NCBI GenBank assembly: GCA_964557855.1
Contig: CAZLBP010000004.1
Span: forward strand, 75,149-139,148
Length of the DNA: 64,000 nucleotides
Direction: 5' to 3'
From: an uncultured Ignavibacteriales bacterium
GTDB taxonomy: Bacteria > Zixibacteria > MSB-5A5 > GN15 > FEB-12
A model generated the notes under the pieces. The model had not been told where the DNA came from, made no database searches, and saw only the letters and a list, made by a program, of their open reading frames with translations. Below are positions 1 to 8,999 of this stretch, in pieces. Numbering within the stretch: position 1 is the stretch's first letter; each line of letters begins with the position of its first letter. The position numbers and the translations under genes are program-made.

Positions 1-195
1 GGGGTCCAGCTTCCGGTGGTAACCGTGCCCATCTCGCCGGGGAAGAACATCACCGTGATATCAGAGGTCATCGCCATGAATCATATGCTCAAAGTGTATG
101 GTCAGAACAGCGCGCTGGAATTCACGCGTCGGCTTTCACAACAGATCAGTCGCCAGTCACAAACGAGAGACTATCTCGAATCCGATTTCGAGTAG
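1..195 (+). CDS. hprK: HPr kinase/phosphorylase, C-terminal fragment (runs in from window edge)
   Basis: Manual frame-1 translation GVQLPVVTVPISPGKNITVISEVIAMNHMLKVYGQNSALEF...ESDFE* resembles the HprK C-terminal motif (IPVxPGRNxxxxIEVxAMN); not in ORF track. Confidence 0.85.
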   Translation, partial: GVQLPVVTVPISPGKNITVISEVIAMNHMLKVYGQNSALEFTRRLSQQISRQSQTRDYLESDFE

Positions 196-227
196 TCCGT
201 ACGACTCCGAGATTGTCGCGAAAGGTC

Positions 228-256
228 TTGGTAAATCCCGTCAGCATACATATACT
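228..256 (+). promoter_or_regulatory. sigma70-like promoter
   Basis: TTGGTA-N17-TATACT upstream of the PPIase gene. Confidence 0.5.
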
Positions 257-337
257 TGTGACTCCGGTAACAGTCCGTGGAAACATATGAGCTATGTTGC
301 TGTACAACTAGTCGAAAAACCGTGGAGGATGCACATA

Positions 338-2068
338 ATGCGTAGTAAGATTTTCGTGAGTATATCGTGCGTGGTGGCGCTGCTTGTCGCCGGAGTTATC
401 GGTTGCGGGTCTTCCGGAAGCGAGACTGTGGCCGTGGTTGGTGACTATGAGATCACGACGGACGAGTTCGGTGATTTCTTTCAGGTCCAGTACCCGTTTC
501 CTTCAGCTGCAGAAGAATTCGAAAAGCGTCGTGAGGTGCTCGATACGGTGATCATGACCCGGATGCTGATTCAGGCGGCCTACGAAAAAGGCATCGATCA
601 GGATGAAGAACTGGCCCGCGCCATCCTGGCTCATCAGGACCGGCTGCTTTTGGATGTTCTGGGCGAACGAGTTATTATGGACAAGGCAGCACCCACCGAG
701 GCCGAGATTAAGAAGGCCTGGAATCAGCTCGAGTACAAGACCCGGGCTTCCCATATACTGCTGGACAATCCGGACACGGCCAATATGATACTGGAGAGGC
801 TGCAAGATGGTGAGAACTTTGGCAAGCTCGCCTACGAATACTCCATCGACCCTTCGGCCCAGAAGAACAAAGGGGACCTGGGCTATTTCGTTTGGGGCGC
901 CATGGTCAAGCCTTTTCAGGATGCCGTGGCATCGATGGAACCCGGTCAGATTTCCCCTCCCGTAAAAACCAGGTTCGGTTATCACATCATCAAAGTCGTG
1001 GATAGACTGCCGAACGAGAATCGGACTGATTACGAATCGATGAAGCACTCAATCGCTGATCAAATTCGCCAAAACAAGGCGAGGGAAATAAGAACCGAAT
1101 ACCTGGAGGAGATCAAAGAGCGGTTCGCGATCAAAATCGATACGTCGACTTGTGATTACCTGATTCACAAACGGGAAACGATTTACCCGCCCATCCTTCT
1201 GGAGTCGTTGCCCCGGAACGACTTCGATATTGAGCAACTCGACCGGAACGAACGTGAATTGATACTGGCCAGCTGGGATGGCGGCCAGATGTCGGTTGTC
1301 GAGTATCTCAATCTCATAAAAGATCTCTCACCGAATCTGAAGCCGAGTTTGGATGCGTATGATTCCCTGGTTTCGATTATCTTCAACCTGAAGCTGAGTG
1401 ATATCCTGGTTATGGAGGCTCATCGGATGGGGTTAGACAACGATCCTCTCTATGTCCGCAAGCTGAGGCTGTTTAAAGAGTTGACGATGGCGGAGATAAT
1501 GAAGAACGATTCACTGCCTAACGCTCCCGAGATATCGGAAGACGACTTACGCCAGTATTATGAGGAACACCGGGAAGAATTCACAACGCCGGCCAAAGTC
1601 CGCGTCTTCGAAATCTTGCTGAGCGATGAATTGAAAGCCCGCAAGCTTGTCAAGGAGATCAATTCCCGAGAGGAATTCAAGGAATATGCCATGGATCTTA
1701 CCGAAAGGCCCGGAAAACGTGCCAAACAAGGTGACCTCGGTTACATCGAACGAAAGTGGTTTCCCGAGATTTTCGATCTGGCTGTCAAAACACCGATAGG
1801 TGAAATCGCCGGGCCGGCAGTGTCCAGCGGCAAATACTCGATCTTCTACGTTGAGGACCGCATTGACGCCGCCTTGAAGGACTTTCTGGGAGTCAAGCGT
1901 GAAATCGCCCAGATTCTCGAGCAGAAACGCAAAGAAAAAGCTCTGGAGGCCTGGGTAGAGGAGCGTAAAAAGACAACGAATATCGAAGTTGACGAAGACG
2001 CTTTGTGGTCCACTGTGGAAATGGGTAAGTACGCAGATAGGCAAGAAGAGGCTGCCACCAACAATTGA
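338..2068 (+). CDS. Parvulin-type peptidyl-prolyl isomerase lipoprotein (PrsA/SurA-like, two PPIase domains)
   Basis: GGAGG RBS 9 nt before ATG338; lipobox-like VIGC; ASHIL, GDLG, FGYHII motifs and a second GDLG motif. Confidence 0.85.
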   Translation: MRSKIFVSISCVVALLVAGVIGCGSSGSETVAVVGDYEITTDEFGDFFQVQYPFPSAAEEFEKRREVLDTVIMTRMLIQAAYEKGIDQDEELARAILAHQDRLLLDVLGERVIMDKAAPTEAEIKKAWNQLEYKTRASHILLDNPDTANMILERLQDGENFGKLAYEYSIDPSAQKNKGDLGYFVWGAMVKPFQDAVASMEPGQISPPVKTRFGYHIIKVVDRLPNENRTDYESMKHSIADQIRQNKAREIRTEYLEEIKERFAIKIDTSTCDYLIHKRETIYPPILLESLPRNDFDIEQLDRNERELILASWDGGQMSVVEYLNLIKDLSPNLKPSLDAYDSLVSIIFNLKLSDILVMEAHRMGLDNDPLYVRKLRLFKELTMAEIMKNDSLPNAPEISEDDLRQYYEEHREEFTTPAKVRVFEILLSDELKARKLVKEINSREEFKEYAMDLTERPGKRAKQGDLGYIERKWFPEIFDLAVKTPIGEIAGPAVSSGKYSIFYVEDRIDAALKDFLGVKREIAQILEQKRKEKALEAWVEERKKTTNIEVDEDALWSTVEMGKYADRQEEAATNN

Positions 2069-3381
2069 TCTCCTGCTTTATGAGACCCGCTTTGACAATC
2101 ATTCTGCTTTCGCTGCTGATGGTGGCGTTTCTGGCCGCGCCCGGGGTCTGCGAACGGGAAGCTCTGGACAAAATAGCCGCCGTGGTCGGTGACAAGGTAA
2201 TCCTGGCGTCCGAACTCGCCAGCCAGATGCAACTATACGCACTGCAGGCCAACAAGACACCGAAGACGGAAGCAGAGGTTGAAAAGCTGCGAAACGAAGT
2301 TCTGGATCAGATGATCTCAGACCGGTTGTTTCTTATCGCAGCCGAAAAAGATACTTCCATTAGAGTCCGACCGGAAGAAATCGATCAGGCCCTGGATGAC
2401 CAAATTGCTCAGGTTACGCAGAATTTCCCAAGCAACGACGCGTTTCTGCGGGCACTGGCGGATGAAGGCTTGACCCTGGGAGATCTTAAAAGACGTTACC
2501 GTAGTGATATCGAAGGACAGCTGTTGAAACAACGGTTTATCGGTCAGAAGCTGCAATCGGTTTCGGTGTCGCGCCACGAGGTAGAGGAGTTCTACTACCG
2601 CTATCAGGATTCCATTCCGAGTCAGCCGGAAGCGGTCAAGCTGGCCCATATTCTCATCCAAATTAAGCCTTCGCCGGAGGTTGAGGATTCGGTCAAGACA
2701 CGGCTGGCCGAGCTTCGTCAACGCATCCTCGATGGGGCCGATTTCGCAGCCATTTCGGCTCAGCATTCTGATCTCGGAGCCGGTGTGAACGGCGGTGATT
2801 TGGGCTGGATATCCCGCGAAGAAGTGGTGGAGGAGTTCGCTCGTGCGGCTTTCAATCTGTCCGCCGGAGATATTTCCGGAGTCATCAGGACGCAGTTCGG
2901 TTACCACGTCATCAAGTGCGAAGGCAAGAGGGAGGATCAACTGCGTCTCCGTCACATTTTGCTCGCGGTCAACCCCTCTCGGCAGGATACCGTCCGCGCC
3001 GGCCAACTTGCGGATTCTCTCCTCCGGGAAATCGAAGCCGGGGCGGAATTTGCAGTTGTGGGAAAGGAGTTTTCGGATGACCAGGCAACGAGGGCTCAGG
3101 GCGGAGATCTGGGATGGTTCGCGGTGCGTGATTTGCCAAATGAGTTTATCTCTGAAGTCAAGGGCTGGAAGACGCCGGGCGAAGTAAAGGGCCCGATACT
3201 GTCACGGCAGGGTATTCACATTCTCAAACTGCTGGAATATCAGGCCGAAACGCAGTATTCGCTGGAAGACGACTACGATGAAGTCAAGGAGCTGGCTCGG
3301 CAGGAAAAGACTTCACGACTCATTGAAGAGTGGATTGCAGAAATCCGCGAGCGAACCTATATCGATTACCGCCTGGAATAA
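2065..3381 (+). CDS. surA: SurA-like periplasmic chaperone/PPIase
   Basis: Signal peptide, LDKIAAVVG N-domain, two parvulin domains (LAHIL, GGDLGW, FGYHVI); start may be ATG2080. Confidence 0.8.
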   Translation: MISCFMRPALTIILLSLLMVAFLAAPGVCEREALDKIAAVVGDKVILASELASQMQLYALQANKTPKTEAEVEKLRNEVLDQMISDRLFLIAAEKDTSIRVRPEEIDQALDDQIAQVTQNFPSNDAFLRALADEGLTLGDLKRRYRSDIEGQLLKQRFIGQKLQSVSVSRHEVEEFYYRYQDSIPSQPEAVKLAHILIQIKPSPEVEDSVKTRLAELRQRILDGADFAAISAQHSDLGAGVNGGDLGWISREEVVEEFARAAFNLSAGDISGVIRTQFGYHVIKCEGKREDQLRLRHILLAVNPSRQDTVRAGQLADSLLREIEAGAEFAVVGKEFSDDQATRAQGGDLGWFAVRDLPNEFISEVKGWKTPGEVKGPILSRQGIHILKLLEYQAETQYSLEDDYDEVKELARQEKTSRLIEEWIAEIRERTYIDYRLE

Positions 3382-3387
3382 GAAGCC

Positions 3388-3642
3388 GTGCGAATAGATG
3401 ACTATCTGTCGACGGTGGGCGTAATCAAACGTCGTACAATAGCTAAGGAACTGGGGCAAAGAGGGTTAATTACCGTCAACGGTCGTGCCGTTAAACCCGC
3501 GTATCAAGTCAAGATTCGGGATATCATCCATATCAAGGGAAAACAGGCTGTTACCGTTGAAGTTCTTCAGTTACCGTCCGGATCGGTACCCAAAGAAAAG
3601 CGCGAAGAGTTCTATAAACCGTTGCCGTCAGAATTCAAGTAG
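3388..3642 (+). CDS. S4-domain RNA-binding protein (Hsp15/YabO-like)
   Basis: MRIDDYL...KRRTIAKE...VNGRAVKPAYQVK S4 signature, 84 aa. Confidence 0.85.
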   Translation: MRIDDYLSTVGVIKRRTIAKELGQRGLITVNGRAVKPAYQVKIRDIIHIKGKQAVTVEVLQLPSGSVPKEKREEFYKPLPSEFK

Positions 3643-3850
3643 CGGTTAGCCGGGGCTCTGAACCGGTTCTTCAAGGGGGCAGCCCATGTGTTGCCCCATG
3701 CCACTCGAGATCAACTCGGCGCTCGAATATACCAGTCTGGAATCCCGAACCCGATTGGCCACCATCAGAACTTATCCTGAACCAGACTGTTATAAGAAAG
3801 TACTAAACGAGTTCGCAATCACAGCAAGAACTGCATTTGAAGGAAACAAT

Positions 3851-5329
3851 GTGAATAAGAATCGTGCCAAAACACTGGGAGAGTTAAGGAAATCAGGGTG
3901 GAAAAGTCGATCCGTCAAGGAAGAGTTGCGCCAAAACCTGCTGATAAAAATAGAGAAGGGCGACACGCTGTTTGAAGGGATTGTCGGGTTCGACCGGACC
4001 GTCATTCCGCAGATAGAAAACGCCATCCTTTCCAAACATAACTTCATACTCCTGGGTCTGCGAGGTCAGGCCAAGAGCCGAATTATCCGTCAGCTTCACA
4101 CCTTGCTGGATGAATACATTCCCGTTGTCGCCGGGACGCTGTTGCAGGAGGATCCATACCGCCCGATCTCTCCTATGGGCAAGAACATCGCTGACGAGAT
4201 GGGGGATCAAACACCGATTGAATGGCTGCACCGTGAAGACCGCTACCATGAGAAGCTGGCGACCCCTGATGTGTCTATTGCCGATTTGATAGGTGATATT
4301 GATCCGATCAAAGCTGCGCGTGAGAAGCTGGATATATCCAATGAAGAAGTCATCCACTGGGGTATTATTCCGCGCACCAACCGCGGAATTTTCGCCATCA
4401 ACGAACTGCCGGATCTTCAGCCGCGCATTCAGGTCGGTCTACTCAATATCCTGGAAGAGAACGACATTCAGGTTCGCGGTTTTCCGCTGCGCTTACCGTT
4501 GGATATGCTCCTGGTCTTTACCGCCAACCCGGAAGATTATACGAATCGCGGCAATATCATCACGCCGCTGAAAGACCGCATCGATTCACAGATTATTACG
4601 CACTATCCGCGGACTCTGGAAGACGCCAAAGAAATCACCGGGAATGAAGTCATCATCAGCCGAACCGATGTTACCATCCCAATGCTCGTCAAAGACATTG
4701 TCGAAGAAGTTTCTTTTCAGGCACGCGACAGCGAGTATGTCGATCAGTCCTCCGGCGTGTCGGCCCGGGTATCGATTTCATCCTATGAAAATCTGCTTTC
4801 GAATATCGAACGAAGGGCGTTGCGCAACAAGGACAAGGACTTCTATCCCCGCATGGCCGACCTGTACGCCATGCTGCCGGCCGTGACCGGCAAGATAGAA
4901 CTGGTTTACGAGGGTGAACAGGAAGGCGCCGTTCTTGTCGCGCACAACTTGATCGGCTTGGCCATAAAGGAGGTCTTTGCCCGATATTTCCCGTCACCCG
5001 CCCGCGAAAAAGGTTCGCCCGACCGACCGCCGCCGCCCAATCCCTATGAAGCCGTTACCGATTTCTTCTCTTCCGGACGTCGCCTCGAGTTGTCGGACGA
5101 AATGAAATTCGACGATTACAAGAAAGCGCTCGAGTCGATTTCCGGGCTGGATAAAATCGTGAAACAGCATTTCGACACCGACGACAAACGGGAATTCCTG
5201 CTTCGGATGGAATTCGTTCTGGAAGGTCTGCACCAGCACAACGTTATCGCGCGGGAGATTCAGGACTCGGTTATCCGTTATGCCGACGTGTTCTCGGATA
5301 TGATGCGGAGTATGGGAGACGTTCGATGA
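3851..5329 (+). CDS. AAA+ ATPase, Mg-chelatase/MoxR-like
   Basis: Walker A variant GLRGQAKS, Walker B variant FAINE, TANPEDY; GTG3851 after AGGA chosen as start. Confidence 0.8.
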   Translation: MNKNRAKTLGELRKSGWKSRSVKEELRQNLLIKIEKGDTLFEGIVGFDRTVIPQIENAILSKHNFILLGLRGQAKSRIIRQLHTLLDEYIPVVAGTLLQEDPYRPISPMGKNIADEMGDQTPIEWLHREDRYHEKLATPDVSIADLIGDIDPIKAAREKLDISNEEVIHWGIIPRTNRGIFAINELPDLQPRIQVGLLNILEENDIQVRGFPLRLPLDMLLVFTANPEDYTNRGNIITPLKDRIDSQIITHYPRTLEDAKEITGNEVIISRTDVTIPMLVKDIVEEVSFQARDSEYVDQSSGVSARVSISSYENLLSNIERRALRNKDKDFYPRMADLYAMLPAVTGKIELVYEGEQEGAVLVAHNLIGLAIKEVFARYFPSPAREKGSPDRPPPPNPYEAVTDFFSSGRRLELSDEMKFDDYKKALESISGLDKIVKQHFDTDDKREFLLRMEFVLEGLHQHNVIAREIQDSVIRYADVFSDMMRSMGDVR

Positions 5330-6417
5330 AGTTCGTCTATTCGGAGTGGGATGACAACCTGTTCGCCCAGTTGAAGAATATGGCGGACCTGATGGCGATC
5401 TACAACTACCTCCTGATGCGTCTTAACGGCGACGTCGAAGAGACCCTGCGTCTCATGGAGCGCCTGCAGCAGCAGGGGCTGCTCGATGAGAAGTACGATC
5501 TGGAAGAGTTCAAGAAATCACTGCAGGAGAAACGGCTGATCAGGCAGGTGGGCAATCGGTTCGACCTGTCTTCCAAAGGAGAGCGGCAACTGCGACAAGA
5601 CGCTTTCGACATCATCTTCCAGCGTATGCGCGCGGCCGGCAAAGGCAACCACCCGTTGCCCTATGAGGGCGGCAGTTCCGATGAACTCTTGCCGGAGCGG
5701 CGCCCGTACTCATTCGGTGACAACTACCGTGCGGTCGATTACAACGCTTCCCTGTTCAATTCCATCACGCGCTCCGGCGACCTTGGACTGGACATGACCG
5801 AAAAGGACCTCGAAGTTTTCGAGTCGGAGCGTATGTCATCCTGCGCCACGGTGCTGATGATCGATGTGTCCCATTCGATGATTCTCTACGGCGAGGACCG
5901 CATTACCCCGGCCAAACAGGTGGCGATGGCCTTCACGGAAATGGTGCTGACCAAATACCCGAAGGACAGTCTCAATATTGTCCTGTTCGGTGATGAGGCG
6001 GTTGAAGTGAAAATCAAGGATCTGCCCTATATCGGCGTGGGACCTTACCACACCAACACGCAGGCCGGTCTGCGCATGGCGCGGCGGCTTCTCTTGCAGA
6101 AGAAGCACGTCAACAAGCAGATTTTCATGATTACCGACGGGAAACCGTCGATGATTACTCGTCCCAACGGTCAGCTGTACAAGAACCCCATCGGGTTGGA
6201 TCCCCGGATCGTCAACCGTACGCTCGATGAAGCGGTCATCTGCCGCAAAAAGAAGATTCCTATAACAACATTTATGGTTACCGATGATCCGTATTTGCAG
6301 CAGTTCGTGGAGCGGCTGACTGAGCTCAACCGCGGCCGGGCCTATTTTTCCTCGGTGGACAATCTGGGGTCTTATATCCTCTGGGATTTCGTGGCGAATC
6401 GCAAGAAGCGGGGGTAG
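5326..6417 (+). CDS. von Willebrand factor A domain protein, partner of the AAA+ ATPase
   Basis: MIDAS DVSHSM, TNTQAGL, ITDG; overlaps upstream stop (ATGA). Confidence 0.85.
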   Translation: MKFVYSEWDDNLFAQLKNMADLMAIYNYLLMRLNGDVEETLRLMERLQQQGLLDEKYDLEEFKKSLQEKRLIRQVGNRFDLSSKGERQLRQDAFDIIFQRMRAAGKGNHPLPYEGGSSDELLPERRPYSFGDNYRAVDYNASLFNSITRSGDLGLDMTEKDLEVFESERMSSCATVLMIDVSHSMILYGEDRITPAKQVAMAFTEMVLTKYPKDSLNIVLFGDEAVEVKIKDLPYIGVGPYHTNTQAGLRMARRLLLQKKHVNKQIFMITDGKPSMITRPNGQLYKNPIGLDPRIVNRTLDEAVICRKKKIPITTFMVTDDPYLQQFVERLTELNRGRAYFSSVDNLGSYILWDFVANRKKRG

Positions 6418-6511
6418 GGGGCTCCATCTTTTTAGCCTGGATTGTTTAGTATTCGAGGTGGAGGATTAAGTAGGCGGAATCGGTTCAGGGGTGTGAAGAA
6501 CTCACCGCAAG

Positions 6512-6674
6512 GAGGTTGTCTCATAAGTGGCGAATCGGCACTGAAGATCGTCGTCTGTGCTTTTCCTGCCTAGAGTATGGCCTCGCGCCGCAACGACTTA
6601 CAGGATCGGCGGGGACGAGCCCCGCCTCTACGAGATTCAAAAATCGACCGACTATCACTTTTTGAGACAGCCTC
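6512..6674. mobile_element. MITE (163 bp) with IS1182-like ends and 4-bp target duplication
   Basis: TIRs GAGGTTGTCTCATAAGTG / CACTTTTTGAGACAGCCTC; CAAG duplicated at 6508-6511 and 6675-6678. Confidence 0.8.
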
Positions 6675-6698
6675 CAAGCGGTGGGCGACCGGCCTTCC

Positions 6699-6727
6699 TT
6701 GACTAGACCTCCTTAAACTGCTATACC
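6699..6727 (+). promoter_or_regulatory. sigma70-like promoter of panC (probably leaderless mRNA)
   Basis: TTGACT-N17-TATACC with TG extension; ATG at 6734, no SD. Confidence 0.55.
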
Positions 6728-6733
6728 TACGCC

Positions 6734-7579
6734 ATGCGAATCATCCGTTCGGTCAGATCGATGCAGCGAGTGGCCAGAGAGCTCACGGCAGAAGGCAAAA
6801 CCATCGGTCTGGTGCCGACCATGGGCTTTCTTCATGAGGGGCACTTGGCCCTTATCCGGCGCGCACGGAGATCGGCTGATGTCGTGATTGTCTCGATCTT
6901 CGTCAATCCCACGCAGTTCGCTCCATCCGAGGATTTCGAAGCCTACCCGCGGGATGAAAAGGCCGATATCAAGAGGATCCGAGAAGGTGGCGGGGATATT
7001 GTTTTCATCCCGAAAGTCGAAGATATCTATCCCGACGGTTATCAGACCTACGTAACGGTCGAGGATCTGGCCGCCCCGCTTGAGGGGTTCTCACGGCCCG
7101 GGCACTTCCGGGGTGTGGCGACCGTAGTCGCCAAGCTCTTCAATATCTGCCGCCCGGATCTGGCCGTGTTCGGGATGAAGGATTACCAGCAGGCAGTTGT
7201 GCTCAAACGGATGACTCTTGATCTGGGCTACCCCATCAAGTTCATCGTGGCTCCGACGGTTCGAGAGAAAGATGGTCTGGCGATGTCGTCACGCAATACG
7301 TACTTCACCCCGGAGCGGCGCCGAGAGGCATTGTGCCTGTTCTATGCGCTGACGACGGCCAGAAACCTGGTCAAGGCGGATATCACGGATACGGCAAGCA
7401 TAGAGAAAGAAATGCGCGATGTCATCAGAGCTGCCTGTCCCGGCGCCCGGGTCGATTACATCGCCTTTACGGATTTTTCCAGCCTGGAGCGGGTCAGGGC
7501 CGTAACGACCGATACTGTTTGTTCCCTGGCGGTCAAGGTGCACGGCGTACGATTGATCGACAACATGAGGCTGGCCTGA
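6734..7579 (+). CDS. panC: Pantoate-beta-alanine ligase
   Basis: VPTMGFLHEGH, FVNPTQF, RPGHFRGV, FGMKDYQQ, GLAMSSRN, RLIDN. Confidence 0.97.
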   Translation: MRIIRSVRSMQRVARELTAEGKTIGLVPTMGFLHEGHLALIRRARRSADVVIVSIFVNPTQFAPSEDFEAYPRDEKADIKRIREGGGDIVFIPKVEDIYPDGYQTYVTVEDLAAPLEGFSRPGHFRGVATVVAKLFNICRPDLAVFGMKDYQQAVVLKRMTLDLGYPIKFIVAPTVREKDGLAMSSRNTYFTPERRREALCLFYALTTARNLVKADITDTASIEKEMRDVIRAACPGARVDYIAFTDFSSLERVRAVTTDTVCSLAVKVHGVRLIDNMRLA

Positions 7580-7658
7580 GCACTTTCGATTCGCAACCTT
7601 TTTCAACCTTGCCGTTTATAACTACCAAGCTATATTGAATCGCATTTGAGGAGTGAGA

Positions 7659-8168
7659 ATGAAAAGACACACTGTTGTTATGGGCCTGCTGTCGGTACTT
7701 GCGATGGGCGGCTTCCTGTTTGGAGAGGACAAGTCGGATTTTGATTTCATGAATCTTATCGGCAATTGGGAAGGGGAAGGGTCCTTTCTCATACCCAAGA
7801 CCGGCGTGTCGCTGGATATCGAGGGTACCGGTGTATTCGAGTACGATTCACTCAACAACCGGGTACGGACATCGATGCAGGGTACCAAGATGCTCCTGAC
7901 GTACGCCGACTCGGGGTATTTGTATTACCATCCGGAAACGGACTCGGTATCCTGGGAGGTGTGGGATACGTGGGGTCGGCACGCGCTGTACTGGGGCGTG
8001 GTCGAAAACGGGGTTTTGAGAGCGGACCGGCTTTTCAAGAATCGCAACTACCGTGTCTCAGTCTTTTTCCCTCACCCCGACACGTTGGATTTCCGCCTGA
8101 CCAGACGACAGTCCGACGGCGGCGAGGAAGACCAAGCGACGTTTCTTTTGTGGAAAACGGGTGAGTGA
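7659..8168 (+). CDS. Exported hypothetical protein (DUF1579-like beta-barrel)
   Basis: GAGGAG RBS, signal peptide, LIGNWEGEG motif; TTGCCG-N16-TATATT promoter at 7609-7636. Confidence 0.65.
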   Translation: MKRHTVVMGLLSVLAMGGFLFGEDKSDFDFMNLIGNWEGEGSFLIPKTGVSLDIEGTGVFEYDSLNNRVRTSMQGTKMLLTYADSGYLYYHPETDSVSWEVWDTWGRHALYWGVVENGVLRADRLFKNRNYRVSVFFPHPDTLDFRLTRRQSDGGEEDQATFLLWKTGE

Positions 8169-8237
8169 GTTGACGACGACAGTCCGTTGCCGTGAACGGC
8201 AGATGTTCGCATCTGCCGCACGGTTTGTGCCCATCCC

Positions 8238-8744
8238 GTGAGTGATACCTGGCATACTTCGGTCGACGGCCTGGTACGTTCCTTTCTAAGTGCGTTGAAT
8301 GCCCTGGTGCCGTCCATGCATAAGGCACGTATACTCGATGATAACCTGATCGGTTTCGATGACTGGGCGCGGGTTACCGACCTGTTGTACGACGTTCTGG
8401 TGGTGGAACCGATCCGCAATTCTCTCGATAAGTCGCAACGGGCGGCGTTCGACCTGCCTCTGTATGACACGGAATACGAGTCCTATGAAGACTTCAGCCT
8501 GATACGCGCAACGGGTCCCGAAGCAATCAAGTCCCCGGCATCATTAACGGATAATCATATCTTCTATCGCTTCAACACGGACTCCAAGCTGTTCAATCAG
8601 GTGGAGACGATTAAACTCAACCGGCAATTCCAACGGGCGTCGGATTCCTATCGCACTCACGATATCAACGAAGTCGTATTCAGCTGCCTCGTCCCGCAGG
8701 ACGAAGGTTGTCTGGTATTGGATGAGATAGAGGTACCGGTGTAA
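8238..8744 (+). CDS. Hypothetical protein
   Basis: 168-aa ORF with protein-like composition; no family recognised. Confidence 0.6.
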   Translation: MSDTWHTSVDGLVRSFLSALNALVPSMHKARILDDNLIGFDDWARVTDLLYDVLVVEPIRNSLDKSQRAAFDLPLYDTEYESYEDFSLIRATGPEAIKSPASLTDNHIFYRFNTDSKLFNQVETIKLNRQFQRASDSYRTHDINEVVFSCLVPQDEGCLVLDEIEVPV

Positions 8745-8964
8745 GGCAGGTCCGAAGCGGACCTGCCCTACCATCCTGCGTGGCCGGGATCTCCGATCCC
8801 GGAACTGGTTGGACAGCTCGCGAGCTGTCCCTACGAAAGTCGGACCGTAAGCTGTCAGGCACAGTAGCATGACAGCCCGTGAAGTGTCGAAACCCGAAGC
8901 GGGATTTCGACCTACTTTTTCTGTCTCCGAACGAAGTGTGACCGCGATCAGAGATCGCGGCCAC
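8741..8964. repeat. Cluster of five REP-like palindromes (GTAG/GTGG-tailed)
   Basis: Hairpins at 8741-8771, 8780-8802, 8811-8834, 8886-8915, 8942-8964; three end in CTAC; units 2 and 5 are inverted relatives. Confidence 0.75.
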
Positions 8965-8999
8965 ATACATACATAGACATACAACCCGCTTGCAGCAAT

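Noticed and set aside
98-337. 80-aa N-terminal extension of the PPIase ORF
   Set aside because: Overlaps the hprK end and a promoter; RBS and lipoprotein signal point to ATG338
3643-3850. Hairpins upstream of the AAA+ gene as a riboswitch
   Set aside because: No recognisable riboswitch consensus; could be simple terminator or REP-like stems
8741-8964. Possible CRISPR array
   Set aside because: Units are not identical, spacing is irregular and no cas genes are present
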